From Tubulanus polymorphus (Eukaryota; Animalia; Nemertea), in assembly GCF_964204645.1 (NCBI RefSeq), contig NC_134027.1:4062485-4126484 (forward strand): a stretch of 64,000 bases of DNA, written 5' to 3'. Shown here piece by piece: positions 38,801 to 53,499 of the stretch (positions are counted from its first letter, which is position 1; the number at the start of each line of letters is the position of its first letter). Under the pieces are notes generated by a model. The model made no database searches. It saw only the letters and a program-made list of their open reading frames with translations, and had not been told where the DNA came from. The position numbers and the translations under genes are program-made.

Positions 38801-39261
38801 CTTGCGTTGTGTATGATATCTCGGTTATGATGCTAATGGAGTGTACCAACTCGTGAATTCAACAGTCGATTTGCATTAGATTTGACAATATAAAATAACA
38901 GGATTGATATTTAAGGACGCATGTTCTTCAGGGGGGGAACACAATCATCCTGTATCAATTTGGATGATTAGATTGTTCTTCCCAGAAAAATGTCTGGGGT
39001 TGACAAAGCATGAAATTGATAATCTGAAAAAGAATCGGTTGTATTACAAACTGAAACATTCATCGGTAGGAAATAGCAAATGAAAAAGAATTCGACACAA
39101 AATCTTTACTAAGAAACAATCCCTAACATACTAACTCAAGTCATAATATCTAATGAATTTTATACATATACACGTTAATTTCTGCGTTATCCAAAAGCCA
39201 TGACTATTTATAATTGGTTTGATATCAATGCAAAAAATTCAAACCTATTGTTCCAATAAAA

Positions 39262-39338
39262 TGCCCAGCCCTTCCATGGTTTGAATCTGGGACACCTATG
39301 TAGAAAACCAGTGTGCTAACCACTACACAAATGAGTCG
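39262..39338 (-). pseudogene. Decayed tRNA-like sequence / tRNA-derived SINE head
   Basis: The minus strand reads TGTGTAGTGGTTAGCACAC (A-box) ... CCCAGATTCAAACC (degenerate B-box); the stems do not fold into a full cloverleaf. Confidence 0.5.
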
Positions 39339-39649
39339 TGGTAGGATATTTTGTTTGAAAGTTTGTCCTGTATGAGACCAGATGTCATTGTGGTGACCAA
39401 TCAGGCTTGGGAGCTGGATTCACTAGCAATACCATTATCAATCTTCCAGTTCCATTCCAAAAGGGCAAATTGCATATTTTGGCAAAAAAATTCTTGTAAT
39501 TACGAAGCCACTAAGCAAATATTAAGGAACTGAAATATTAAGGAACTGAATTACTTCATAATCCAAATTTAGCAATTCATTGGACCATATTATTCTAACA
39601 GGTATAAAATAGTATGTGAAAATTGTTGCTGAACCGAAAAACGGCATTT

Positions 39650-39782
39650 GGGATCATTCATTCATTACGTACGCATGAAATTTGACCACCTTTTTGGCCA
39701 TTTTTTCATATACATTAAGCATAACAGTACGCAATTGCACTTACCCCTCCCCTAATGTGTACGTGAATAAATGAATGATCCC
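39650..39782. mobile_element. Small MITE (133 bp)
   Basis: Imperfect TIR GGGATCATTCATTCATTACGTAC / GTACGTGAATAAATGAATGATCCC, flanked by TTT on both sides. Confidence 0.75.
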
Positions 39783-41331
39783 TTTGGTTTTTAAAGAGGG
39801 ACGGCTGCATTTAGTTACTTGTCAATTCAAAAGACGTACTTAAATCTCTGAAGAATGAATTTAACCTCAGGCACTGCATTATTTCATCAACCTTTCATTT
39901 TCAATTGCTCTTAAATCCATTTACATATGGACAATTGCTATGGGGCATCTGTTGAATTGGATTTCTGATGGGTTCTTTCACTACTGTACTTTATTACAGA
40001 AATTATTCTAGATATCAATTAACAGTAAAAGAGATATCTCTGAAAAAGGAAAGGTGAATTTACTTGAAACTTGCCTATATCAGAAATACTCTTTGCCGAT
40101 AATAGATATCAGAAAAAAATTAGTTTTGTAAGATAAGTGTTGAGTATCCATTATCAGTTAATGTGAAAGGTTACAAACACATTTTCATCTCGATATTGCT
40201 TCATCAGGTAAAATTGCCAGCAATATCTGATCAGAACATGAAGAATAATCTTTATCTGCCAGATACAGGTTTATATATACATTTTTTATTGATTTCTCCT
40301 CTTCGACTAACTGATGAAGAGTCAGGTATTCAGCGGGTTTAAACCATTTTTGCTTCGTCCCTGAATTCGTAGTAAGTTTGAAGTTAGTATTATAGTCTAG
40401 AAGGTATGGGGACTTTGCTAGCATCGATTGTGACAGAATCTTCAAGGAAACAGTGAAAGCAGTGAAGCTGAGTGGATATTGAATTGATTAGCTTCGTCCC
40501 TATTTGCCATCAGTAACAGCAGTCTGTGATGTATTGGTTAAATTGGTAAAGCAACTGAAGTTGACATTATCGGTGAAATTCATCATCTCCCTTGTCGAAC
40601 ACATGAACTTATCTTTTCTTTTACTGTGGCAACTTCTATATCTCAGATTGGATCATTTTGATGATCAAATGTAAATGATGTTAATTTTGATGATCAAATG
40701 TTGATGATGTTTCATCTATTTAGTTGTCAATATCATCCCTCTGATCCAGTCATCGTTTTTCAATCTATCTTCTCCATCAGTTTCTCCTTCTACTTGCTAG
40801 ACTAAAATGAATATGTATATGTTTTTTCACCTTGAATATGGAATGAATATTATACTGAGAGTTGTTACGGATGAAGAGTCATGTTGCAGGTGTCTGATGC
40901 GTCTAGGAGGCTGAGCGCTGTTCGAGATGAGTGCAGAGATGAGCGTCGTGGTGGTTGGTGCATCTCAGCTCAGTTCAGTCTCTCTCCGTTCACTCCGTTC
41001 TCTTGCTGCATTAGCTCGGTTAATCTCTTCCAGTTTGCTGGAAAGCGCGGCTCAAAAAACTGTCAAAACTCTGGATACAATTTCCATCAATTTACTCGGA
41101 TGTCGCTTTCATTCTAACGGGATTATACATCGCCGAATTACTGATGTCGAAAAGTGATCAATACTGGAATTGTGATTTCCACGTTTTTAAATTCTTAGTT
41201 AATCTGAGATTGTTTCTTATCTGCTGACAATGAAGAAACAGCGAGTTGATTGATATTGTCGGTGGTATTGTACAGTATTCATCTGTTGACAATGGATTGT
41301 TAATGGATTATTGTTTGTCTATTGTTTCAGC

Positions 41332-41359
41332 TGTCTCTCCTCTCTCTCTCTCTCTCTCT
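41332..41359. repeat. (CT)n microsatellite
   Basis: Direct reading. Confidence 0.9.
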
Positions 41360-44300
41360 GCTAATAAACGACAATCCCATGCGGCTGTTCTGCCGGTGTT
41401 TCCATTCATAATTTGTTAACGGTTGCATGAGAGACTTCTGAAATCTGTTGTTTTTTGTTACCGAATGAAAAGGAATTTGTGTCGTTAAGTTTGGTTCGAA
41501 ATGACTCTTGAGACTTGTTGGAATATACGTTGAATGTATGAAGTATTGATGGAGACAGATTTTAGTCGCTACTGGCGGAATATCAGTTATCACATGCAGT
41601 CCAGACGAGTCCAGATGGTAGAATGCTGAAAGCCGTCAGCCGCATGGATATCATTACTTGTTGGAAACTGTAGGTGCTGAGGTTGTCAACCGTCACTTGT
41701 TGGTTTATATGTGGGTGATTTGTGGGAGTTTCAGACGTCTGAAAGAAGGATAAGCTGTTTATAAATATCATTGTTACGGTGATTTTGAATGTTATTTTGG
41801 ATTCACTTATTGACTCGTTAACCCGTATTTCAAGGTCCAGAGTTTATGCACGTTATTATTAGTAGACTATCATTGTTGACATCTTACGATAAAAGATTAT
41901 TGTTGGTAGTATTTAGAATTCATCTGTTGAACTTAAACGGTGAAAGAAGTCTATTGATGTGAATCGGCACGACAGAAACTTTTAGATATATATTTATCAA
42001 ATTGTGGTAATGGCTACAACTATAAAACAGTAAGAAGAACGAGACTTTAAACAATATATCAGGATGATGATTCGATGTTGCGTAAACCCGTCATTCATCG
42101 GGTCTTTGACGAGCCTAGATGATCCGCGTCTATCCATCATGAGTCTGGATTATTACGAGTAAGTAAAATGTTAAATTAATTACTATATTTGATTATGTGC
42201 CTCAATCGTCTAGTATTAATGAAGACAGCAGTCGGTGAATTGGTTGCCAATCAAGTCTTCTTCATCTCGATTCTTGTGTGATTTGTCGAATTGTCTTTCT
42301 TATTATCTACAGGAATCATCTTTATTTGTGGAAATGAAGTATTTCCCCCAAGAGAATCAAGTTCTCTTGATAGATGTCAATCACTTCTCAGATGTCGTTC
42401 TTTGTAAAAATGATGCACTTAACAATTTCACGTGCTTCAAGCCAGAATCATAATACTCTATATCGTTTATGATACTGATCCTATATTGTGAATGTAAAAT
42501 GTTGTGCGCATAGATAATCAGATTTCATGTGAATATTTCATCTCCTGTCATACGTATTTCGTAGCGTAATTAGCCGTATATGATAGATATTGAGTTAGTG
42601 CGAACTGTTTCTTGTACACTTGTTGGACGGTGGTGATGTTCGTGTTAAGTTGTTGAGAATTTTATCATCTGTTTCGGAACTCTTCAGGTCATTCATTATA
42701 CCCATCGATATTTGCCGCGTTTGAATCAATTTGCTGTTCATACACATCGTATGTTGACACCAGTACATGTAACAGGTTCATTCGGTTCTTGCCCATAACT
42801 TATCTTGTTGTACATTTTCGCCATTCTGACGAGACATTCATTTATCAGACTGGAGTGTCAAGATGTCATCCATGTTTTCAAGACTACCAGTTACGAGTTT
42901 GATCTATCGGAGAACAGTCGCTTCCCGCATAATAAGGCAATGATTTTCTCTTCTGTAAATATGTTTTGCCAATTGAATTGAATGAATTTTTTCATTGGAA
43001 TCTATATACGTCCGTGCACAGAGTGATAAGAGGTCGTTTTAGTAACAGCTGCGTGAATATCTAAGTTCAATCTTTGCCATATATTCCATTACAGTGATCA
43101 TTATTCTATGCACATTGGTTTAAAAACTCATTTTAGGAAAATCTCTTCATGTCAGCGTAATCAATAATGCAACACGTGTCTCTTTAGTCTGATATATTCT
43201 TACTGAGAATTATTTTTAAATAGCCTGTATTTATTCAACGTATGGTTTATCTTAAAAACTGATTCATCAAGATTTAATCTACTCCGTCATGTGTTCATAT
43301 TAAACGAATACAAGTTTGTCCGTTTGCTGGCTTGATTTTTCAGATCAAGGATTTGGGATGCTTTTCCATCGTCAAGTCTACAAACTCATCGAGCTCAACT
43401 GCTTCAGTTGTATTAGCAGAACGGCGTACTATGTATCTTAATGCTGCTCAATGCTCTTATGTCTAAAAACTATAAACCTGTTTCTGGTGATGATAAGATT
43501 TGATGAAGGAATTCTCGAAGTGTGTAATCCGTCATTCACTATTTTACTCATTGCTCTCAGACTCCACTGAGCGCCGATGTTGTTTACTCCGCGGAAACAA
43601 ATTTAAATGGATTTCGAAACGTCTGAATTGAATTGAAGGAAAGAATGTATACACAGTTCTGGAGAATGTAAATTGGATAGTTTTTTTTTCTAGTGTTTGT
43701 CGATGCGTGCTCTAACCACAATCGATTCTTTGTTACTCGCTCATGCTTTGCTAATTAATCCGCCGCTGATTCTTTCTTAGTTAATATTCTAACAACGATC
43801 CTCTCCCGACTTGTCAGTTTTCTCGCAGTCAGTCTTCGGTTTGTTTTACGGTTAGTTTGACATCTATTGCATCTGTTTTATAGATGTCCTCATCTAACAC
43901 GAAACCGTGCATCATAGATCTTCACCTTATGTTCTAGTAATTTCTGAATCCATTCATGTGTTTTATATGATCGCATATTGTCTTTTATTAATCTTTCGTT
44001 TCGCTATAGCTACTGCCTGAAGTATATATTGTTACTACTAAGGATATTGGTGAACATTTATAACGACACTTCACGACACTGATGAACAATAGATTTCTCA
44101 TTTTCTACATCGTTTATTAGTCTTTCGTGAGTCTTCACACTAAAAACAATTAACCACAGTGGCGTTTCCCCCTCCCCTCCTCCACCCCCCCCCCCCCCGC
44201 ACCTTTTAATCGACATCAATAGTGGCAACTTCAACAGTTTTATGCGAGAGACCGGTTCATTAATTACACGGTGATATCTGAGAGGTTTCTGGCTTCTGCT

Positions 44301-46289
44301 TGATTAGTAGATACAATGTCTGATAAAGCTGGTGCAGAAACCATGCAACAAACCGTGATGATCAGCTTTAGAGAACATACATTGATGAATGTTCATCTAT
44401 ATCCGCAACAGACTTTCGCTGCTATCTCTACCTGTATACGGTAATTGTTATTAATTTCTATAACTCAATGGTTATGTTTATTGATACGGGTACCTGTATC
44501 AATATTTCTCCATAGTTTTCTGTATTCACCACCAGTTGTGATTGGGTGATTATAACTGATCCATTGAATCTTGATTTGGAATTAAATTGTTATTTGGAAA
44601 TTACAATCAAGGTTTACTCAATCGATCCAGTTTCATGCCGAAAATGAATTGTCATAGAAGTTCTACGCGGAGCCGACGGCGGTGGTTGTACTTTTTTCTT
44701 GATTGGAATTCTGTTCTCGAAAAGCTCGGAGGCATGTCTGTTCGTGATGAAGTAGAAAGCTTCGTTAGATCAAGAGAAAACCACACAGACAAAATGCTGA
44801 TATGATTATTACACCAATTACATTCCGTTTCTTCAGATTAACTCCCAAATTAGCACCTCGCTAATGAACTCGGAAACACCTCGAGAAACGACTTAATTGG
44901 TTTATATGTCATTTAATGATTTTGATAGGTTAGATATTTGAACTTACTTAACCTGAAATCAATTATAAAAAATGATTTGGAATACGTTTTTAGCCCTGTT
45001 GTGTAGAGACGTCACATGTGGGTACAAAGGTTTATCAATTGATTTCTGTAGTAAAAACCGCAAAAATTTCACTGTATTCCAAGATGAGAAAGATGTGTTT
45101 TGAGTGGGAAGTCGTGTTCTGCAAATATCATTAAGAGTCAGGCAGTCGCTGGAGGCATACGCGTCATACTCAATGACTACACAACGCAAACTAAACAAAT
45201 CCTATGTTCAGCCATTCGTGAATGTTTGGACCTCTTCATTTCACATCTTCTGAGCTTTCTTGCTCGACATGTGTAAGATACTTACGATTGAGTAGAGTAG
45301 ACCGTGCAGCTTGTCACAAATAAAAAAACAAAAAGAAGATTTTTGACTACGTTTATTAGATTATACGCAGAAAGGCATGTCTGGGTTCTCGGTGGAGTTC
45401 TGGCCCATTTTCATCGGATTCCCTGCTTTTTTTGACACGTAAACGGCTTTTGTGCACTATGAAAAGGCTTATGCGCACTAGGAAAAAAGCTGCCTTATGG
45501 TTGGATGAAGTAGCTGTGATAATACGTGAGGTCGTTATATCAGTTTAGTTGTTGATGAAAATGTATTTTCCTGCCGTCTCATCTCAGCCTACAGAAAAAA
45601 GCAATCGGCCATCAGAATATAGAAAATAGATATTGTGCACTCGACACTAAATGTGAAGGTTCGACTGATTATTGCCTGTTGTCTGGATGGTATATTGAGT
45701 TGCAATTGTTTGCTTGAAGAAAGATTTTTCGGTATTATCGGTCAATTACATACATCTAACATCCACCATTCGATGATATATTCTGTTCTCTAGTGTTTAC
45801 TTGCCAGTTTTTGCCAATAAGAGCATTTTATTCTTTATATAATATCGTACGATTGGCTCTTAAGATGAGCTCTTATGGATCGTAACGTTTCGTACCGAAA
45901 ATCGCGAGTTACGATTTTATTGGCTCGGTTTTGCAGCGATAGTCGCGTTGATAAACATCGCGTGCGTCAAACTGTGTCCCGATAATTCGCGGCGATTCGC
46001 GAAAAAATATGTATGGAAACTGATCAATGAACAAACATGAAACGAAATGGGATCGATTTTGAATAATGATATCACGAGTTTCTCGGCGAGAAGAGTTTTA
46101 TTCAGTTTTATGCGGCATTGATGCAGCTTTCGGCGATAGAAACTTAGTCGCAGCTGCGTCGTTCCCAAATATTTTTCAAGAGTAAAACTGCCACTTTTAA
46201 ACTTTTTTCCTGGTTTGCCCGCTAGTTAGACTTGTGCTTTACTACAAACTATGCCGAGAATCCTCAATGTTCAGATCGATATCTCCATT

Positions 46290-46585
46290 AGCCGTGTTGA
46301 AACTATGTTGTTTAGAACGGTCTTAATCTAGTCAGTTCCGATTTAGAATGCATCAAGCGTTCGTATGAGATAAAGTCCGCGCTAAACTGATCCATTCCTG
46401 TTTAGAACGGGCCAATTTAGACTAACCGAAAAGCCCGATCCAAATCCTTTTTCGATTTTCGAATGGACCATTTCTCTGGACATGAATAGAAACATGAACT
46501 TATAGCTCTGGTATGGTCCATTCTAGTTTGGTTTGTTCCAAGTATGGGCCAAATTAGAATGGATGGCAAAAAAGTGAACATGGCT
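46290..46585. mobile_element. MITE family 2 copy
   Basis: AGCCGTGTT...AACATGGCT ends; ATT duplicated on both sides; repeated TTTAGAACGG..CAATTTAGAC motifs. Confidence 0.75.
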
Positions 46586-48943
46586 ATTATGAGCTACAAT
46601 TTTGATTCCCGTTTAAAGATATCATATGCAAAACACCGATAACATGGATGCGAAAAGCTCATTTTTTAAGGGAATCGATCTGGGAATCATATGTGATATG
46701 TGGTCACGAATGTTAGATCTCCCACTAGGGCTATCATACATTATCAGCCGTCAGCTTGTCAACGGAAATTGATGAATAATTTCTCTATTTCTCGATCTCT
46801 CGGGAATCGAACGCAAACGCCGATTCTGAATCGGCCGTGTCTTATACTTCATAAAAGTTAAGAGCGTCTGGTAAAAGGGTCGTTCTTGCCTCTCTTTCGT
46901 GTATTTTTGCTTAGAGGCTTTGTACGACTACCTGACTACCCGGTACGAGGTAATTAGTCGGTGAATAGAGTAAGAGATTCATCGAAGGGTCGTTTATCGA
47001 GAAGTCTTGTCTTAGGAAATGTTGTTTATATTTGTCTCTCAGCCATTACCTGTGGAAGGCAGCAACGTCTATGTATACAATGGTATATTTTCGTGAACCT
47101 GACTGACATGAATGTTTAGTGGCACTGATCTGGCCGCGATGCGTTAGATGTGTTTTCTTCTCAGATCTTCAACTCGGCTGAATTACTTAATTCAATTGCG
47201 ACTGTGCGAAAGGAACATTAAACGCTCGAGATCTTCTAGGCTCGCGTCGCGCTGCCGATAATTGACCAAAACCCCCGGAATTAGATCGGGATATGATACG
47301 GCAAATATTACCAGTTCTATTATTCATACACTCTTGGAAATCCATTATGGTTATAAGAGCGAGCTATCGAGTTAGCACTTTAGGTTTATCGGCCTATCGC
47401 ATTTTAGATGGTGATACTTCGCAGTCTTGATATATATGAAGTGCTAAGCGTAGATAATACAGTCTTTGGCCCTTAAAATGAGCAAAAAACAACAGTCTTA
47501 TTAAGATAAACATTTGAACCGAATATACAGCTGTAAGAGAACACTCTGCAGGTGCAGCCGAGAGAGAGAGAGATTTACCTTAGACTTCTCAAGCACCTGA
47601 TCGGCTAAACCTTCCCCTTTCAGTTATACCCTGCAGGTGATTACAAAAAAACTACCTCGTTGCTAATGCTCGTATTAAGGACAAATACGTGTGGAAAAAC
47701 TGTATGATAGGATATTTGTTCAAGAAGATCGGTCACCTGAACAGAAGATTCAGAGAAGAAAAGGTCACGTTGTTTTTGTGTATGATGTGGCGGGGTAAAC
47801 AGGAATGTGAGATATATCAGTCAATCATCTTCATCTTCCCGCAAAACTTTCATCAATCGGTATTCAACGTGACATTATATTCCTCAGTGACATTTTCATG
47901 TCTTACGTAATCCTAGTGTCTCGACAAGATTCTCCTGATGTCGATAATGAAAGGCCAGTTGGTAGCTTTGAGCAGATTTACAGCGGCGATTTGAAGCATC
48001 GTAATAGGAATGTGTGTATTTTGGTTTATTGTGATCATTCTGATAAAATGTCTGGTTGTTTTCGTCGATGGTGTCCGATACGTCCTCATGCGAGACATAA
48101 CTAGACAACCATGTCTAGTGTTATGAGCTCTTTTCTTGTTATGCTTGACCAACTATAAAAATGTGTCATATCATAGATTGATCCTGCGCTTACGCCTGAA
48201 ACCATAATCTAATACCATTGGTCAAGCTAAGAAAAATCGCTTTCTTCTGATGTGGACATCTTTTACGATAACAAGATGTGATTACTCTGGGTAGAGCCAG
48301 CTAATTTGCCTTTGTACCCACTTATTTCACAGACATCAATATATGATACAGAATATTCACTAGTGGTGGAACTTTTAGCTGAAACGTCATAAATGCGCAA
48401 AAACACTTGTCTCAGAACCATTACATGGCATGACACTGTGAATATTATCTTAATAATTTCAAGACTCTTTGCGTTCTAATTGTGTAATAGTTGTCAAATG
48501 TCAGGGATGTTTAGAACTATTACTAGTTTTCTAGTAAATGCAACGTTTTCTGCTGTCAAGAAGATAAAACGTAAATATGCCCAGCATCTTGATAATCTTA
48601 AATTGTTGATTGAGACGCCAGACATTGCAAATCTGTAAACTGTAAATTTGCATAGCACTTTACAATTACAAATTGTGTCCTAATGAAGAGATTTCGTTGA
48701 TCAAACTGTCAAGATTTCGTGTCATGAATTTTCATGAAGATTCCCGCAGTGAATTGACGTCAAATATCCATCCACGTAACTTATTAGGACATCAGTATGT
48801 GGTGATTTTCTAATCTCGTCACAGCTGCTTATCACGGATAAAAATTGGATGCGTTATTAGGGAAATTGGCGAGACATCAATAGCGTGGTCAATGGACAAC
48901 TGGCTGTATTTATGATTATAGAAAATAGAAATATGGTGGTTAG

Positions 48944-49178
48944 CATGGGCATCATCAGAGAGGGTGCGGGGATGCGCCCCTCTCGAGGCAGCTTCGAATT
49001 TAAAAAATCAAGACTAGAGCAATTTCAAGGATTCAGAAATGCTTGTTTGCCTTCAGTGCTCGACTGATACACTACTAAATATAGCATATAGTTCCGCTTG
49101 TATTAATTCTGACCACCTTTAAAAATCCTTTAAGAGGGGGTGCGTACCCCCTGCACCCTCCCATTCGATTGGCCCCTG
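48944..49178. mobile_element. Degenerate hAT-like MITE
   Basis: CATGGGC...GGGTGCGGGGATGCGCCCC left end and GGGGGTGCGTACCCCCTGCACCC...GCCCCTG right end; no TSD retained. Confidence 0.4.
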
Positions 49179-49800
49179 TATTCTAACTCTACAACTCATC
49201 CCATCTTTCTTTCGACAAGGCATATGTTCTTGAGCAAACGTGCACTTTTTGTCGAAATAACTGTTATTTTTATTACACCTTGGACTTATTAACAACATTC
49301 TTCACAGAAGGTACCTTCGTTATCTGTGAGATCACACCCAGAGCTGAAATAGGCGGTAGTTATTTAATCGGTGGTTGAAAAAATCATTTCAAGTTGGTTC
49401 CGGTGAATATAGCGTGCTATTGATCTCATGACAGAAAATCGATACTGCTGTTATAATGCGTGATACCTCTCGTGAAATATCGCAGCCTCAATTATTCTTC
49501 TGCAGTCTCAGGAATATTGGTTTCAGCTTGTAAGTAATTTTTCACGTTCGTTGATCTCTCAAGACATCCTTTTTTCTGAAATGTGAAGATGGAAAATTGA
49601 AAAGTTTTTTTTTGCTGCAGAATTGTAGTAATATGTAGCAGAGAAATGCATTCGTACGTTCTACTGAATCACGTTCCTCATCCATATTCAGTCTATGTGA
49701 TGACCAATTCATTGCCATCAAAACCATCTACGTGCTGATAATATTTTGAATGCGATTGCGAGTAGAATTACCACACTCAAACACGGTGAATGGATCATAA

Positions 49801-49987
49801 GATAAAACCCATTATGTACAGATTAAAAGTTTTTTTAAATCGAGAATTCATTTGATCAAAAAATTACCTGATCACACCTGACAATGATCTCAAGGGTGAG
49901 ATCAAAACTTCATGTTCTTTTAATGTTTTGATTAAATAAATTCTCGATTTAAAAAAACTTTGAATCTGTACGTAGTGGGTTTTTATC
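49801..49987. repeat. Foldback inverted repeat, ~66-bp arms with ~54-nt spacer
   Basis: 49801-49866 is the reverse complement of 49921-49987 with a handful of mismatches. Confidence 0.85.
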
Positions 49988-52346
49988 ATATTGAATGTTG
50001 TTGATAAGGATACAAATATTTCTGATCTCAACCCAAGAATCATTGTTTTTGCTTTACATCGGGTTTAGAGCTTGGTTTCCCAACACTGACCCTATTGCAT
50101 TGTTCAACGGGAACATGGCCTTAGAAGTGTTGCCCGCACACTGTAAGCAGCCAGCAAGACACGAACCCGCTTCACTGATAGAATCAAAGAAAAGACGCTG
50201 CTGCCATCTTTGTCTCGATGCTGGAAGTGTTCGCTGCCATTAGAGAGAGATTTTTCATACCATTTGGTTATAAACCAGGAAGCATAAAATCAGTTCAATT
50301 GATTCTTTGATATCCAGTGTAGTATATGAAATCAACTACTATAATAGTCGTCATAAATCTCTTCAACACAATCGATGTTTTTCTACCCGAGATTCCTCAC
50401 GCTGTGATTAATGACTTGTTTACGGTGAATTGCCCTTTCAAATTAAATAGTTTTTTTTCCCAAAAAAAATGTGAAGTCTACGTCTCATAAACGAGTCTGA
50501 ATTTCTTTAGGTCAGATTTTTCAATCTACTACCACTAGATCTCATGAATGATTAAAATCAACCGACGTAATAAACAGTAACAGTGTTGATCCGTCATTCG
50601 CTACGATATTTACGTGTAAAAACTAAGAAGCACGAATATTAGCCAACTATGGAATAACCACTACTCGAAACAAGGTTATAAAAGGACAGAGTCTGATGAT
50701 GTTTTATTGTCAGGTTGATTGCGTTCAGGTTTGTGGTGGAGTACTGATGGATGTTATGATCCACGACAGGTAAGAGTTTATATGCTGTGTATCTCTGATA
50801 GATGGAGTCTGATCGACAACGTTCATCAATTCCGTTGATAGTGCTGACATCTTGCTATCCATTATCAAACTATTCGGAAGGTGAATTTTCGAAGTAGGCA
50901 TTTTAACTGTCGAAAAACAGGGTTATCAGATTTTGGAGGAAAGATGAAAATAAGTACTCTAAAGATCTATGTAATGTTATGTCTACTGAATGTTTGGAAC
51001 TAGTGCCCTGAAAACCTGTTTATATAGATAAAGAGCATATCAATTTCTTTGCCTTTTATTTATGGTCACATATTTTCTCTGGAATTCTTCTATCAGTCTT
51101 TAAATGTTGTTGATTATCCACATTATTTCTAATGCATTGATTTCGGAAATGATTTTTCACGTTTTGAATGCGGGCAATGACTCTTTGATTGGATTTACCA
51201 TAAATCCGCATGTTAGAAATAACAATTTGTTTGGCTTTTGCCATTAAGCGTCGTATATCTAGATCAGCACTAGAAAAATGGAAAGAAACGTTGAAGGAAA
51301 TTGAAATTGATGCATTTGGTGAAGATTTTTCGCGTTGTCATGGATATCAATTTTGAATCTACTTATTTTAATCAACTCAGATTTGCGCCGATTATTTATG
51401 AGATATTTTTGAATCTCTGATTCTGCTGAAGTAATCAGGCAAGCAAGCTGTTGATATTGATGTCGGGGGGGGGGGAATCTAGCCGAGATGTATAGGTTCT
51501 ACAATTATTGTTGTTTAATTCTGTCCGCTATGGAGAGTCCCTTTATCCCTCTTTTTTTCTGTTCACAGTTGCTGAGAGAGAGTTCTCATTTATCAGAAAA
51601 TTAAATCAGAAAGCTTATTAAAATAGCGTGCGCCACTTTTCTTCGCAGCTTGAAGTGCATCTTCCGGATCCACTTCGTACTGAAAGTTGTTAAATTTTAT
51701 ATCAATCGATAAAGCAAATATCAGTTTTATATGTGTGTGACTGTAAGTGTGTGGTGCCTGCTGGGTTCATCAACATCCTGCGCGAATAAAGCTTGGAAGT
51801 CGTTTAATTGCAACTCTCATTTTCTGTCTCCCTTGAAGTTACTTTTATAGCCTTCATTCATTCTCATTCATCAAGCTGTATATAGTTTTCAGAATCAAAC
51901 ACTACGAATAGTTCAACTTTTCATAAACTCCATTAGTTTGATCAGACACATGAGTAGATGGGCTGAAAACAGATGGCTTTCTGTTAGAGAGTTTATTGTT
52001 AGAGTTTTGGAGTACCGTTTTAATTAGGTATAAGATACATCTAAAACGTAATTCATGAAATAACTGATATATCGATAGTTTATTAGATGAAATCGTGTGT
52101 GACATGTGTTTGAAGACTCGTGGGAGAGATGATTGTGGTACAGGGACCACAGCCGTATTGTCTTCAGTCTCTACTGTATTCGAGTGACTCAAAACACAAC
52201 ACTAAATACTCATCTATTAGTACAATTACATCGTGCCTCATCTGTTAATTGAAAAAGCAATTTCTCTGAGTTCACGTTTAGATGAATAAAATATAAGTTC
52301 TGGACAAGCTAGCAGCTCAAACTTGACTCATCGGCAGAAATATATA

Positions 52347-52710
52347 AGCCTCGATCACATGGAGACGATTTTGCCCAGACCAGACCTGAGTTAAATTTGG
52401 CCGATGCCTAATTAAAGAGCGCATTCACATAAATCACTCACTCATTACTAAAATGCTATTATAAGGATGCTGTGGCAAGTGAGGTGAGGCACTACCATAT
52501 AGAATATTCATATAGAATGATTTGCCTCATCCTAACATTTTGTACAGGCCTGATCCAGCGTTTTTGGTCGGACCAAAATTGGCCTCTGCCAAACAAGCAC
52601 CATACAGGCAACAGGTGACCCATTTGGCACCAATATGAACAGTAGATTCAGGCTTAGTCTAGCGTGGGACAAGTTTGGCTCAGGCCAAAAATGCTTGTGT
52701 GATCACAGCT
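52347..52710 (-). mobile_element. MITE family 1 copy, reverse orientation
   Basis: AGCCTCGATCACA...TGTGATCACAGCT ends; the interior matches the reverse complement of 29387-29702 (GATGCTGTGGCAAGTGAGGTGAG). Confidence 0.8.
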
Positions 52711-53433
52711 ATGGAGTACACCCATTCTAGGTCTTAATTTGACGAGAGCGTCATCTCTCCCTCAAATACCTCAACACCGATAAATATATCATATAGATTG
52801 ATATATACTTCAGATAGAGTTACCTGTATGAAATATGATCTGATTTTCTATGCAATATGTATCTCGTATCGCGGTCAATAACACGTTGTCGCCACCAAGG
52901 ATGGAGAAAATCGTATTAACATATTCAATCGCTAGCCAGTAATGAAAGACCCCTAACCCAATATGTCTATATTTGATTTAGAAATATTTCATAAGGTTTG
53001 GCGTAAATAGTTCATGGTAAAATGATACGCATACAGCTTGGATGAGAATATATCCTAAAATACTGCAATCTTGGTATTCTAATATACACTTCATTATTGA
53101 CGGTGTAGGTGTTATGTTACGCTGTGAGTGGCCTGAAGGTAATGTTAGAAAACATGCTTTTCGTGATCCACTCCTTCAGAAAAACTTGCTGTTTTTTCTT
53201 GTTTTTATTCTACTCTCAACGCGATGGTCATTTTCTGGAAATGTCGTCATAAAAGAATGACTTCAATTACACATCAGCTTTTAGCTGTGTTAATGAATAA
53301 TTGATGATAATACTAGACTATTTGTGGTGTGAGTGTAAACTATGGTAGATTTGTTTGTCGCTGATGGTCATAGTTGCAGTAGGGGATAATAATACAGAAG
53401 AGGTGTCATCATCGGTGCGATGATGAGCAGTAT

Positions 53434-53499
53434 TGAGTACCAGTGAGTGTAAGAGTGAGTACCAGTGAGTGTAAGTGTGAGTCAGTGAAGTGAGTACCA
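53434..53499. repeat. Short tandem repeat, ~22-bp unit TGAGTACCAGTGAGTGTAAGWG, 2-3 copies
   Basis: Direct reading. Confidence 0.75.

Noticed and set aside
53434-53499. CRISPR-like repeat
   Set aside because: Adjacent tandem units without unique spacers, eukaryotic context, and no cas genes.
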